Below are positions 1-8,869 of a stretch of DNA of 32,000 nucleotides, piece by piece. The notes below the pieces were generated by a model. That model made no database searches. It was not told the DNA's origin and was given only the letters and a program-made list of their open reading frames with translations. A program made the position numbers and the translations under genes. The DNA is from Pyrodictium occultum (GTDB lineage Archaea > Thermoproteota > Thermoprotei_A > Sulfolobales > Pyrodictiaceae), in the NCBI RefSeq assembly GCF_001462395.1, contig NZ_LNTB01000001.1, forward strand, positions 1,020,001-1,052,000, written 5' to 3'. Position 1 is the first letter of the stretch. Every line of letters begins with the position of its first letter.

Positions 1-1023
1 TGCTATGAAGTGCACCCCCTCCAGGAACTTCGCTATCTCGGGCTTCTCGAGGAACGTCTTGCGGGCCATGCTGTCGGAGCCGAACCACTGCACCCGGCTC
101 AGTATCGGCGTCTTGGCGGCCTGCTCCAGTATCTTCGTGCCATCGTTGTCGAATGCTATTATCAGTACGGCGGTATGCTCATCGGCGCCGAACTGCTCCA
201 CCTTGACTGCGAGCTGGTTGACCTCGTTGGTTAGATCGGGCTTATCGGGCTGGTAGAGTATCTCCTCCACTGTGCCGCCGAGCTTCTCGAAGGTCTGCTT
301 CACCAGCTCTGCGAGGCCGCGGCCGTAGTCATCGTTGCGAGCTATTATTACCAGCTTCGTGTAGCCCAGGCTGTGTATCAGCTTGGCTAGCACGGGGCCC
401 TGGACGACATCGGGTGGTGCTGCGCGGAACACATAGTCATCGGGGAAGGCGGCGGCCTTACCAGTGCTGCTGGGGCTTATTACCACTATGTGGAGCTGGT
501 TGGCTATAGGCATCACTGCCCTGGTCTCGCTCGTGGATAGGGGGCCTACGACTATCTGTATACCCTCGCTGGCGAACCTCTTTATCACGTTCACGGCCTC
601 CTGGGGGTCAGCCTTGGTGTCCTCGTGTATTGGCTTGAACCTGTAGGGTGAGCCGGCCTGCTCCAGGAGCTTGTTCATCTCCTCTATCGCCAGCAGGGCT
701 GCCTTGAGCCTCCTGGGGCCGTCCACCGCGTAGCCGCCGCTAACAGCTATGGCGAGGCCTATGGGGATCTCCTTGGGGAGGCCCTTAGCGGTGCCGGTGG
801 CCTGCATAGTGCTCGTCGTGTGCGTCACAGTGGCCGTGGTGGTGGGCTGCGCCGGCTGCGTTGCAGTCTGTGTTACAGTAGCAGCCGGTGCTGGTGACGG
901 TGTTCCTGTGGATGGATGCCCGCCCGATGTGGCTGCCAGGTAGGCCGCGATGGCCACTATTATTACAGCTATTGCTATACCCGCTACAGCTATACCCGCT
1001 ACACGTGCACCCGTGCCGGCCAC
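1..1023 (-). CDS. ABC transporter substrate-binding protein, type-I periplasmic-binding fold (branched-chain amino acid / LivK-like), membrane-anchored; C-terminus lies outside the window
   Basis: Not in the ORF track because it has no stop in the window. Hand translation of the minus strand (codons ending at pos 1) gives VAGTGARVAGIAVAGIAIAVIIVAIAAYLAATSGG, then a Thr/Pro-rich linker (PSTGTPSPAPAATVTQTATQPAQPTTTATVTHTT), then KEIPIGLAIAVSGGYAVDGPRRLKAALLAIEEMN...IQIVVGPLSTSE...QWFGSDSMARKTFLEKPEIAKFLEGVHFIA. In-frame stop at 1054-1056; first start is GTG at 1023-1021. A TM anchor plus Thr/Pro linker is typical of archaeal binding proteins. Confidence 0.7.
   Translation of the reverse strand, partial: MAGTGARVAGIAVAGIAIAVIIVAIAAYLAATSGGHPSTGTPSPAPAATVTQTATQPAQPTTTATVTHTTSTMQATGTAKGLPKEIPIGLAIAVSGGYAVDGPRRLKAALLAIEEMNKLLEQAGSPYRFKPIHEDTKADPQEAVNVIKRFASEGIQIVVGPLSTSETRAVMPIANQLHIVVISPSSTGKAAAFPDDYVFRAAPPDVVQGPVLAKLIHSLGYTKLVIIARNDDYGRGLAELVKQTFEKLGGTVEEILYQPDKPDLTNEVNQLAVKVEQFGADEHTAVLIIAFDNDGTKILEQAAKTPILSRVQWFGSDSMARKTFLEKPEIAKFLEGVHFIA
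974..1003. repeat. Perfect 15-bp tandem duplication (GCTATACCCGCTACA x2) inside the signal-anchor coding region of the binding protein
   Basis: Read directly: 974-988 and 989-1003 are identical. On the minus strand they encode the repeated peptide VAGIA-VAGIA. Confidence 0.9.
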
Positions 1024-1192
1024 GACGGAGCACCCCTGCCCGGGAAGGGCTCTCTACGGCTCTCCTGCGGCCCAGCCCCCGGCTCCAGGCCGGCAGCAGA
1101 CCCGGGGCGTAGAGGACCGGGAACGCGCCTGGAGCCAGGGCTAGGCCGTATTGGAGCTAAGACCGCGCGGATGAAGGCAGCAACTAGTTCGG

Positions 1193-1208
1193 TATAAAAA
1201 TATTTTTG
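1193..1208. promoter_or_regulatory. AT-rich palindrome TATAAAAATATTTTTG; probable T-run terminator for htpX and/or TATA element for the downstream binding-protein gene (both on the minus strand)
   Basis: AAAAATATTTTT (1196-1207) is a perfect 12-bp palindrome and the only AT-rich patch in the 1024-1251 gap. It lies 45 nt after the htpX stop. It lies about 170 nt upstream of the GTG at 1023, so the promoter role is less certain. Confidence 0.4.
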
Positions 1209-1251
1209 TTGATCAAACGTGCGCCGGGACCAGGCCTAGAGGCGCGGGGCG

Positions 1252-2352
1252 CTAGCGAGCGGCGGCCGCTAGGCTGTCTAGGAAGCGGAGCCTCTTGGGC
1301 ACCGGCGGGTGGTCGCTGAGCACCTCCTCCGCGGGGTTCACAGGCTCGCGCTTGAGGCTCTCAACCACCTCGTCTATGTCGCCGGCGAGGCCCCCGGCCC
1401 AGCCGCTGTAGAAGGGGCTGGCAGCGGCGTCCAGGAGAGCGTATATGAATAGTGCCTTGAGGCTGCTCTTCTCCACCATCTCCCGGGCGCCGCCTCCGCG
1501 GTAGTAGAGGTGGAGCCTTGCCAGCGCCCTCTGCATCGGCCTCACGCCAGCCACCGAGGCGCCGTGGGAGTCGGCGTAGTACTCGCGGAGCCTGCTGAAG
1601 GCGAGCACGGCCACCTGCATGACGAAGCTGAGCGCCACGCCCAGTACCCCTAGGAGGGCTAGGTAGAGGCCGCTCCCGCCCTCCTCCCTGTCCCTGCCGC
1701 CGGCGGCGCCGGCCCAGAGCCCGGCGCGTATAAGCCAGACCCCAAGGTAGTATAGGATGCTCGGCACGAGGCCGAGCAGCATTATGACCACCGTGTCCCG
1801 GTGCCGGTGGTGGCCCAGCTCGTGGCCCACCACGGCCAGCAGCTCGTCGCGGGGCAGCATCTCGTATAGGCTCCTGGTGACCGCCACGTAGCGGCCCGAG
1901 AGGAAGTTGCCGTATGCAAAGGCGTTAGGCGGCCCCTCCACCAGCACGGCCTTCGGGGGCTTCATCCCGGCCCGGGCGGCCGCCTCGTCGACTATCTCCT
2001 GCAGCTCGAGGCTAGGCCTGGCGCCGTAGGCCATGTTTATCATGTACGGCGCCGCGAGGTAGCTGAGCAGGTTGGCCGCGAGTATGAAGGCTACCAGCCA
2101 GCCGAGGGGCAGCGGGTAGCCGGCGCTGGCGGCGGCGTAGTAGAGCCCGTAGGAGGCTAGGACGCCTCCACCGAGGATGAGCAGGGCTGTAAGCAGCATC
2201 GCTGTGTAGAGGCTCAGCCTCCCCGAGAGGCTCGCCGCAACCCTAGGCGCCACCTTGATGGCCAGCAGCTGCAGCACCAGGAACCCGGCTATATAGGCCA
2301 GGGTTAGCGCGAGCATGGTAACGGGGTCGTAGAACCAGAACAGCCACACCAT
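1252..2352 (-). CDS. htpX: Zinc metalloprotease, M48/HtpX family (membrane protease)
   Basis: ORF 1252..2412 contains an HEXXH motif (GHELGHHRHRD) flanked by multiple hydrophobic helices. I prefer the internal ATG at 2352 (MVWLFWFYDP...). The only TATA-like patch (2419-2435) is 7-23 nt from the 2412 start, too close to place a TSS upstream of it. Confidence 0.8.
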   Translation of the reverse strand: MVWLFWFYDPVTMLALTLAYIAGFLVLQLLAIKVAPRVAASLSGRLSLYTAMLLTALLILGGGVLASYGLYYAAASAGYPLPLGWLVAFILAANLLSYLAAPYMINMAYGARPSLELQEIVDEAAARAGMKPPKAVLVEGPPNAFAYGNFLSGRYVAVTRSLYEMLPRDELLAVVGHELGHHRHRDTVVIMLLGLVPSILYYLGVWLIRAGLWAGAAGGRDREEGGSGLYLALLGVLGVALSFVMQVAVLAFSRLREYYADSHGASVAGVRPMQRALARLHLYYRGGGAREMVEKSSLKALFIYALLDAAASPFYSGWAGGLAGDIDEVVESLKREPVNPAEEVLSDHPPVPKRLRFLDSLAAAAR

Positions 2353-2460
2353 GCCCCAAGCACCCTGCCGAGGAAGCCTAGCACCCCTGTACAGGGAAAC
2401 CCCTCCCTTCACGCCCCTTATTCGTATTCGTATTCCAGCCTGGCCCGCGGGCCCCGGCTC

Positions 2461-3606
2461 TTATACCTTGCCCCGGGGGCGCTGCAGCCTGCCTCCAGCA
2501 GCCAGGGAGAGGGTGCCGGCGGCTACAGCGGCGGCCGCCGCGGCCGTGTAGGCAGCGGCGTAGCCCGCGCTCCCGGCGAGCCCGGAGAGTGCGAACACCC
2601 CGAGAGCCCCACCCACATCGAAGCCCAGGGTGTAGAGGCTCGCAGCCCTGTTCCCAGCGCCGCGGGGAGCGGAGATGCTGACCAGTATCTGCTCCCCGGG
2701 TATCGAGGTGCCGGAGCCGAAGCCCTGGAGGGCGGCCGCCAGGTAGGCGGTTGGCGGCTCGGGGCGGCTGGCCAGCAGGGAGAGGCCTAGCGCCTCGAGC
2801 GCGAAGCCCATGGCTAGCATCCTCCGGGGCCCTAGCTTGGCGTAGACCCTGCTCGAGAGCCCCCGGGCAGCCAGCCCGGAGGCGGCCAGGATGCTCTGGA
2901 ACGCCCCCGACACAGAGGCCCCGTAGCCCAGGTCGCGGAGGCTCATCTGGGAGAGGGACTGGACTGCGAAGAACCCCATGCCGTCGACGACGGCGAGCGC
3001 CACCGCCAGCGCCACGCCCGGGGTCAGTGCGTCCCGCAGCCCGGGAGAGGGGCCGCCGAACACTGGCCTGGAGGACATACGCACCCATGCGGCCGCTGCC
3101 GCGGCTGAAGCACCGGCAGCCGCTGAGAGAAGGAAGGCAGCCCGGCTGCCGGCGTGGTCCGCCACCACGCCCGCCAGCATGGGCCCCAGCACCATGGCGG
3201 CCGAGACGGCTGCAGCCCGGAGCGAGATAGCCCTCACAGCCATCTCGCCCCCCAGCGCAGCCGCAGCGGCTATCGAGGGCGCCACGAAGAAGGCGAGCGC
3301 GGCGCCCTGCAGCCCCCGGGCGGCGGCCAGGGCTGCGGCACCCGCGGCAGCAGCCGCGAGGAGCCCGGCAGCCGCTGCTACCGCTGCGCCCGCTACAAGG
3401 AAGAGCCGGCTGCCAACCCGGTCGGCCGCGATGCCCACCGGGATACGGAGGATGGCCGCCACGAGAGGCGCCACAGCATATACCTGCCCCGAGACGGCGA
3501 CGCCGGCACCCAGGTCCCTCATGTACCTCGACACTATGGAGCCGAGCGACGAGATGGAGGTGAAGAATAGCAGCACCGCCACTAGCAGAGCATAGAGCCC
3601 AGCCAC
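2461..3606 (-). CDS. MFS-type transporter
   Basis: 381-aa ORF, almost entirely hydrophobic helices, with an MFS loop signature (GIAADRVGSRLF). The overlapping ORFs 2378..3088, 2751..3230, 2978..3595 and 3154..3570 are Arg/Pro/Ala-rich shadows. Confidence 0.7.
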   Translation of the reverse strand: MAGLYALLVAVLLFFTSISSLGSIVSRYMRDLGAGVAVSGQVYAVAPLVAAILRIPVGIAADRVGSRLFLVAGAAVAAAAGLLAAAAAGAAALAAARGLQGAALAFFVAPSIAAAAALGGEMAVRAISLRAAAVSAAMVLGPMLAGVVADHAGSRAAFLLSAAAGASAAAAAAWVRMSSRPVFGGPSPGLRDALTPGVALAVALAVVDGMGFFAVQSLSQMSLRDLGYGASVSGAFQSILAASGLAARGLSSRVYAKLGPRRMLAMGFALEALGLSLLASRPEPPTAYLAAALQGFGSGTSIPGEQILVSISAPRGAGNRAASLYTLGFDVGGALGVFALSGLAGSAGYAAAYTAAAAAAVAAGTLSLAAGGRLQRPRGKV

Positions 3607-3726
3607 CCCGAGCAGCCCGGGGCGGCGGAGCAGCCCCGCCGCCCCGAGTTAACTATGCGTTAGAGAGAGGCCTAGCAGAGGGGCTCCGTGGGAGAGGATG
3701 GGGCGCTGGAAAGAGCCCCAGGGGCG

Positions 3727-4587
3727 TCACGCGTAGCTGGCCAGGGCCTTGATCTCCTCAAGCGCCCTCCTCTCGAGGCCCTTCTTCTTGCCCAGCGTGA
3801 TAGCTATATGCATGGGCAAGTAGAGGCTGATACCTATCAGCACCATGCCAAGCCCGCTGGGGTCGGGCGATATAATGGCGCCGACTATCATAGAGCCCAG
3901 GAGGATGTACTTCAGCGTATCCTTATTTATCATCTCGGGGTCGATTATGCCGTAGGCTAGCAGCAGGTATACAACCAGCGGCAGCTCGAAGAGCAGGCCG
4001 AAGGCCACAGCAAGCTTCAGCGTAAAGTCCACGGTATCACTAATATTGACGGTTATTATCAAGCCGTAGCTAGGCGGCACGAAGAACGGGTACATCTTAA
4101 GCATCATAGTTATTATCAGAGGGGCCACGATGTAAATCGCGAATACCACGCCGAATATGAAGGCAGCCACAAAGAGGGCTACGAACTTCCTGGCAAACGC
4201 CTTCTCGTGGGGGTATAGAGCAGGCTCCACATAAGCCCATATCTCTCTGGCAGCTACCGGCGCAGCACCTATAGCCCCGAGAAGCATGGCCGAGTACATT
4301 ATAATGTCTATCGACTCGAACGTGTGAGACGGTATTATAGTAACATTATAGACCTTGCCGTCGAACGCCTTTATCTGGCTTGGAACAGCGTGAGAGAATA
4401 TGATGACGGGGAGCCTGCTAATGAGCGGAACGTAGAGGCTGCCGCCATGGCCGCCGGCCGGCAGGGCAGAGAAGACCGCAGCCGACACTATGAACGCTAT
4501 CACTATCCTCCGCAGCCTAACAGCGAGCTCCTCCAGGTGCTCCCATATAGTAGCCTCCCTATCGCCCGGCGGCCTCGGCTCGGCCAA
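3727..4587 (-). CDS. tatC: Twin-arginine translocase subunit TatC
   Basis: 286 aa. N-terminal WEHLEELAVRLRR motif followed by six hydrophobic segments. Immediately downstream of tatA on the same strand. Confidence 0.85.
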   Translation of the reverse strand: MAEPRPPGDREATIWEHLEELAVRLRRIVIAFIVSAAVFSALPAGGHGGSLYVPLISRLPVIIFSHAVPSQIKAFDGKVYNVTIIPSHTFESIDIIMYSAMLLGAIGAAPVAAREIWAYVEPALYPHEKAFARKFVALFVAAFIFGVVFAIYIVAPLIITMMLKMYPFFVPPSYGLIITVNISDTVDFTLKLAVAFGLLFELPLVVYLLLAYGIIDPEMINKDTLKYILLGSMIVGAIISPDPSGLGMVLIGISLYLPMHIAITLGKKKGLERRALEEIKALASYA

Positions 4588-4778
4588 AGCCCCATCAAGC
4601 CTCGGTAGGCTGAGTTAACCCCGGATCCCTGGCTATAACATGTACCTCATCAGCGCGACGCCCGGCAGGGCAAGGGGGGCAAAGATGTCAACCGGCACCG
4701 AGGACCCCGGGAGTAGCGGCTGTCGGGCAGCTGCTCTGCCGAAGCTGCCTCGGAGCCTGGCTTGAGCCTGCTTGGATG

Positions 4779-5132
4779 CTACTGTGCCGTGGCCTCCTCC
4801 GTCTTTATCTCGTCTAGTAGTCCTTTCTTCTTCGCCTCCGCTACTATCTCCTCTATCAGCTTGCCCCTATCCTTCTTATCAGCATCCTTCACGCCAAGCC
4901 TCTCAGCAAGCCTCCTAAGAGTCTCATCGTCGATACTGGCTAGGCTCTTCTCCGCCTTCCTGGACTTCTTCTCTCCTCCTGAATCCTCAATGACCCCCTG
5001 ACTCGCCTTACGGAACTCGTGTATTGCCTGGCCGAGGCCGCGGGCAAGCTGGGGCAGCTTGCTGGGCCCGAAGATCAACAGTATAACCAGGAGGATAATC
5101 ACCCACTCCATGCCCTGGAACTGGGAGAACAT
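4779..5132 (-). CDS. tatA: Twin-arginine translocase subunit TatA/E with a long charged C-terminal tail
   Basis: N-terminus EWVIILLVILLIFGPSKLPQLARGLGQAIHEFRKA shows the TatA pattern: TM helix, FGPxKLP hinge, amphipathic helix. A GTGAT Shine-Dalgarno-like element lies 8 nt upstream, and AT-rich TATA candidates lie at 5171-5190. Confidence 0.8.
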   Translation of the reverse strand: MFSQFQGMEWVIILLVILLIFGPSKLPQLARGLGQAIHEFRKASQGVIEDSGGEKKSRKAEKSLASIDDETLRRLAERLGVKDADKKDRGKLIEEIVAEAKKKGLLDEIKTEEATAQ

Positions 5133-5214
5133 ATTCTGATCACTTCCCCCGCTCTGCCTGGGAAGTTGATGTAGATTTACATGTTATTATGGCTTTCGCC
5201 TCAAGTCTACACGC

Positions 5215-5236
5215 TTCACTTAGACAGTTCACTTAG
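5215..5236. promoter_or_regulatory. Direct repeat TTCACTTAG x2 with 13-bp spacing in the tatA / hydrogenase-operon divergent control region
   Basis: Read directly: 5215-5223 and 5228-5236 are identical 9-mers. Confidence 0.5.
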
Positions 5237-5289
5237 CAACTTATCTATGGGCCGCTAGCCATTCATTGCCATGCTTAACACATGAAATC

Positions 5290-5322
5290 TAACATATGTT
5301 AATCATTCAAACTATTTATAAT
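5290..5322 (+). promoter_or_regulatory. 12-bp perfect palindrome TAACATATGTTA (5290-5301) followed by TATA box TTTATAAT (5315-5322)
   Basis: Read directly. The TATA lies about 180 nt upstream of the first possible start (5499) of the V4R/hydrogenase operon. The frame is closed by TGA at 5361-5363, with no ATG/GTG/TTG between that stop and 5499. Confidence 0.5.
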
Positions 5323-5498
5323 CTTCGGATAGAATGTACTATGGATATTATCGGAAGATCTGATCAACGCGGGGGATAACCATAGAGACCCGGCTGGGGG
5401 AGGCGGGCAACACCATTCTCCAGAGGCTGCCTGGCATAGGCAACGTAGGTGGTAGTAAGGAAGTATGGGGGGTTGAGGCGTACTCACGGCTTATAGCA

Positions 5499-6377
5499 AT
5501 GGTTGTTGTGGGCCTTGAGGATGCAATAGGCGTCAGAGCCTCCGGGGGCTTCGCCAACCTGCTCGCAAGGGAGATCATGAACACCTACCAGCCGCCCGGA
5601 GGCAGTCTTCAGGACGCCTTCGAGTGGCTTAACCGGAACACTGTGTTCAGGCTGGACACCTACCGTGCCGGCGGCCGCCTAGTACGGGATGAGGAGGGCT
5701 CCAAGGCGTTCTACCTGATAGCACGTGAGTGCCCTGTGAGGCAAATACTCTACCTCGAGGACCTGCCTGCGGGAAGGAGCCTCTGCCGGATCATGTGCAG
5801 CTATCTTGAGAGGCTGCTCGCCGGCCGGCTGGGCGGCCGCTACCGCGTGGAGCCGGTGAGGGCCGGGCCCAACGCATGCCTCCTCCGTGGCGTTGTCCTC
5901 TCCGGCAGCCCGCCTCCAGATGACCTGGAGGTTAGGAGCAGCCCGCCCAGCAGGGATGAGTACCTGAGACTGCTACACGAGATGCTCTCCACCATGCTTC
6001 ATGGGCTGGCCCGGGCGCTCTACATGACGCTCGCCGGTAACCCGGCGATGAGCTATAGGGCTGGGAAGAGCTACGGCCGTCAGGTTGGCGCCGCGATCCT
6101 CGCCGAGGGCTATGAGGCCTCCAGCCTCGGCGAGGCGGTGGAGATTATGAACCAGGGCCTCCATGGTATGGTTAGGGTGCGGCTTGAGGGTGAGAGGCTC
6201 GTTCTCGAGAAGAGCGTCTTCCACAAGATAGTTGAGAGGGAGAAAATCGAGCACCCAGAGTTCATACATAGGACTGTCCAGGGCTTCATTGCAGGCGTCC
6301 TCGAGATCCTTCTAGGCCGTAGGATAGAGCTCCGCTCCACCGGCGAGGAGAGGGTATACCAGGTGATGCAGCTGTGA
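5499..6377 (+). CDS. Tandem V4R-like (4-vinyl-reductase-type small-molecule-binding) domain protein, first gene of the hydrogenase operon
   Basis: 292 aa. N-half: ARECPV...RSLCRIMCSYLERLLAGRLGGRYRVEPVRAGPNACLLRGVV. C-half: YRAGKSYGRQVG...FIHRTVQGFIAGVLEILLGRRIELRSTGEERVYQV. Both resemble the V4R pattern recalled from memory, not from an HMM. Its stop TGA (6375-6377) overlaps the GTG start (6374) of the small subunit (GTGA). Confidence 0.5.
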   Translation: MVVVGLEDAIGVRASGGFANLLAREIMNTYQPPGGSLQDAFEWLNRNTVFRLDTYRAGGRLVRDEEGSKAFYLIARECPVRQILYLEDLPAGRSLCRIMCSYLERLLAGRLGGRYRVEPVRAGPNACLLRGVVLSGSPPPDDLEVRSSPPSRDEYLRLLHEMLSTMLHGLARALYMTLAGNPAMSYRAGKSYGRQVGAAILAEGYEASSLGEAVEIMNQGLHGMVRVRLEGERLVLEKSVFHKIVEREKIEHPEFIHRTVQGFIAGVLEILLGRRIELRSTGEERVYQVMQL

Positions 6378-7396
6378 GCAGGGGGAAGCTGAGCCTCGCC
6401 GTGGTACCCCTCACGGGCTGCGGCGGCTGCGAGGTGCAGGTGCTCCGGGCGCTGGCGCTGCACCCAGACCTGCAGGAGCGCTACGAGGTGATATACTGGC
6501 CCATGGTTCTCGAGGAGACCAGGCTGCCCAGCGAGATAGACGTGACTATAGTAGAGGGGCTGGTGAGGACCAGGGAGAACCTGGAGATGCTGCGTGAGGC
6601 TAGGCTCCGGAGCCGCAGGCTCATAGCCCTTGGGAGCTGCGCAGCCTGGGGAGGCATAGTGGGTAACGCGGACTCCTTCAACCCGTGGCTCAGCATGAAG
6701 GCGATATATGGGAGGGAGAGGCTGGAGGAGAGCAGCGAGCTACTGCCACGTGTCTTCGCGGTCGCCGACCTGGTGCCGGTTGACTATGTGATATCCAGGT
6801 GCCCACCCCCGATAGAGCATATAGTCGTGACCCTCCGCGCCATAGCCGAGGGCAAGAGTGTCAAGGCGGTAGACAGCACTGTCTGCAGTCAGTGCCCCCG
6901 CAAGATGAAGCCCATAGAGAAGCTCGAGTTCAAGCCAGGGCTCCCCGGCCCCGACGCGGACACCGAGACGTGCTTCCTCAGCCAGGGCTATCTCTGCCTA
7001 GGCCCTGTGACCAGCGTAGGCTGCGGAGCACCTTGCCCCAGGCATGGTATACCGTGCTTCGGCTGCGGCGGCCCCCACCAGGAGATAGCGCAGAGGCGCG
7101 ACATGGATATTGTGACCGCGCTCGCCAGGAAGATCGCTACGCTCGCAGGCCTCGACCCGGTTAGGGACCTAGACAAGGTGGTTAAGAAGCTGCTGGAGGT
7201 TTACGGGCCCCGCCGCTTCTACGTATTCACCTTCGGCTCCCAGGTGCTGCGCAACAAGCCCCACGGCTACGCCGTCCAGGCACTGGCCTCCTCTAGACAG
7301 GACCCTGTTTTCCTCAAGAGGCTCGAGGAGCGGATCCGGTTTGTGAACCCTAAGCCGAGTGAAAGAGGGGAGGAGAGCCTTGGTGGATCAGGTTGA
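6374..7396 (+). CDS. [NiFe]-hydrogenase small subunit, cytoplasmic type (no twin-arginine signal), group-3 (Mvh/Frh)-like
   Basis: N-terminus LAVVPLTGCGGCEVQVL (proximal-cluster Cys pair). C-terminal Fe-S motifs CSQCPRK...CFLSQGYLCLGPVTSVGCGAPCPRHGIPCFGCGGP. No RRxF Tat motif. Confidence 0.85.
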   Translation: MSRGKLSLAVVPLTGCGGCEVQVLRALALHPDLQERYEVIYWPMVLEETRLPSEIDVTIVEGLVRTRENLEMLREARLRSRRLIALGSCAAWGGIVGNADSFNPWLSMKAIYGRERLEESSELLPRVFAVADLVPVDYVISRCPPPIEHIVVTLRAIAEGKSVKAVDSTVCSQCPRKMKPIEKLEFKPGLPGPDADTETCFLSQGYLCLGPVTSVGCGAPCPRHGIPCFGCGGPHQEIAQRRDMDIVTALARKIATLAGLDPVRDLDKVVKKLLEVYGPRRFYVFTFGSQVLRNKPHGYAVQALASSRQDPVFLKRLEERIRFVNPKPSERGEESLGGSG

Positions 7397-8837
7397 GAGG
7401 AAGAGCGAGGAGCGGAGGAGGAAGCTGCGTAAGCTGCTCGTAACACTGATAGAGGGCCACGCGTACGTGGTCTTTAAGACCGGTGAAGACGGCCGGGTAG
7501 AGGATGTGCTGTTTGAGGGAGTAGATACAAGAATGTTCGAGACAATGTGGATAGGTATGTCTATAGACGAGCTGCCTAGGGTAACCCCGATGATCTGCGG
7601 CGTGTGCAGCGCCACCCATCACGTGGCTAGCGTGAAGGCGCTCGACGGGGTCCGGAAGGCGGAGGCTCCGGAGGATGCCTGGAGGATAAGGTACATGATA
7701 AACTATGGTATACACCTCAACAACCAGGTGCTGCACCCGCTGGTCTTCGGCCTCCCCGACTTCCTGCCGCCCGACGAGGAGGGCAAGCGGAGCGTGATGG
7801 CGCTGTCGAAGAGGTACCCGGAGGCCGTGCGCGCGGGCGTGATGCTAGCCGAGCTGGGCCATAGGGTTGTAGCGGTCTATGGCGGTAGAGACATACACCC
7901 GATTAACGCTATAGCTGGGGGTGTGGCGCGGAAGCCCCCAAGCGCGGAGATAGATAGGCTGAAGAGCCTCTTCGCCAAGCACCGCGGCGATCTAGAGGTA
8001 TTCGTGAAGACTGCTATCAAGATAATGGAGGATGCCAAGCATAAGATTGGGGAATACAAGCCCGGGTTCAACTACATGCTGGCCCTGGCCGGTGAGAACA
8101 GGGAGTATGACATCGTTAATGGGAGGGTGAGGCTTCTCGACGCCAGGACGGGCTCAGTTGTGGCGGAGTTCGGCGACCGCACTACAGAGTATCTCGACTA
8201 CCTCTACGAGTACAGCGTGCCCTACAGCTACATAAGAATGGTGACCACTAAGTGGAAGGCTAGGAGCCCAAGGGAGGGCACGATACACACCAGCGCCCTC
8301 GCCCGCGCCAACCTCGTGAAGAGCTATGGGGTCGAGTGGGCCGACGAGCTGAGGGATAGGCTGTTCGAGGAGTGGGGGCGGCCGGTAACCCTGCCCCTCC
8401 TAGCCACCTACCTTCGCGTGGTCGAGACGGTGGCCCTCTACGAGATCATAGAGAGGGAGCTCGAGAAGCCGCTCGGCGACAAGATATACAGGGAGCCGGA
8501 GAGGGATACCGGAGAGGGCGTTGGGATCATAGAGGCGCCCCGCGGCACTCTGATACACCACTACCGCGGCGAGGAGGGCAGGACGGCGTTCGTCAACATA
8601 ATAACACCGACGGCCATAAACGCTGCCGCCATCGAGGCGGACCTCCGCGACTACTTCGTTGGAGAGAAGCTCGACGAGATGAGGGACCGCGATGTCTACG
8701 CAAGCGCTGTAGCGATAGCCAGGAGCTATGACCCCTGCATGGCGTGCGCCACCCATACGGCTCACGGCAGCCCACCGCTCCGCATAGTAGTGGCCGACGA
8801 GAACTGGAAACCCTTACGCGTCATAAAACCGGGGTAG
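7383..8837 (+). CDS. [NiFe]-hydrogenase large (catalytic) subunit
   Basis: N-terminal Ni-Fe ligand motif RVTPMICGVCSATHH. C-terminal motif DPCMACATH followed by a 26-aa tail (the usual protease-cleaved extension). The track start is 7359 (GTG). I prefer GTG at 7383, which has a GGGGAGGAG Shine-Dalgarno-like element 8-16 nt upstream and overlaps the small-subunit stop by 14 nt. Confidence 0.9.
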   Translation: MDQVERKSEERRRKLRKLLVTLIEGHAYVVFKTGEDGRVEDVLFEGVDTRMFETMWIGMSIDELPRVTPMICGVCSATHHVASVKALDGVRKAEAPEDAWRIRYMINYGIHLNNQVLHPLVFGLPDFLPPDEEGKRSVMALSKRYPEAVRAGVMLAELGHRVVAVYGGRDIHPINAIAGGVARKPPSAEIDRLKSLFAKHRGDLEVFVKTAIKIMEDAKHKIGEYKPGFNYMLALAGENREYDIVNGRVRLLDARTGSVVAEFGDRTTEYLDYLYEYSVPYSYIRMVTTKWKARSPREGTIHTSALARANLVKSYGVEWADELRDRLFEEWGRPVTLPLLATYLRVVETVALYEIIERELEKPLGDKIYREPERDTGEGVGIIEAPRGTLIHHYRGEEGRTAFVNIITPTAINAAAIEADLRDYFVGEKLDEMRDRDVYASAVAIARSYDPCMACATHTAHGSPPLRIVVADENWKPLRVIKPG

Positions 8838-8869
8838 GAGCGGGCTGGAGAAGCCGGGGGCGAGCCTCC

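Noticed and set aside
2378-3595. Long ORFs 2378..3088 (-), 2751..3230 (+), 2978..3595 (+) and 3154..3570 (+) overlapping the MFS gene
   Set aside because: They are Arg/Pro/Ala/Gly-dominated low-complexity translations in alternative or antisense frames of a very GC-rich real gene, which is typical of shadow ORFs.
4640-4660. UGAUGA (C-box-like) on the minus strand in the tatA-tatC spacer, and CTGATGG/CTGA at 26536-26560
   Set aside because: There is no matching D box at appropriate spacing in the first case (CTCA instead of CUGA). The second has only 15 nt between the boxes. Both look like chance occurrences.
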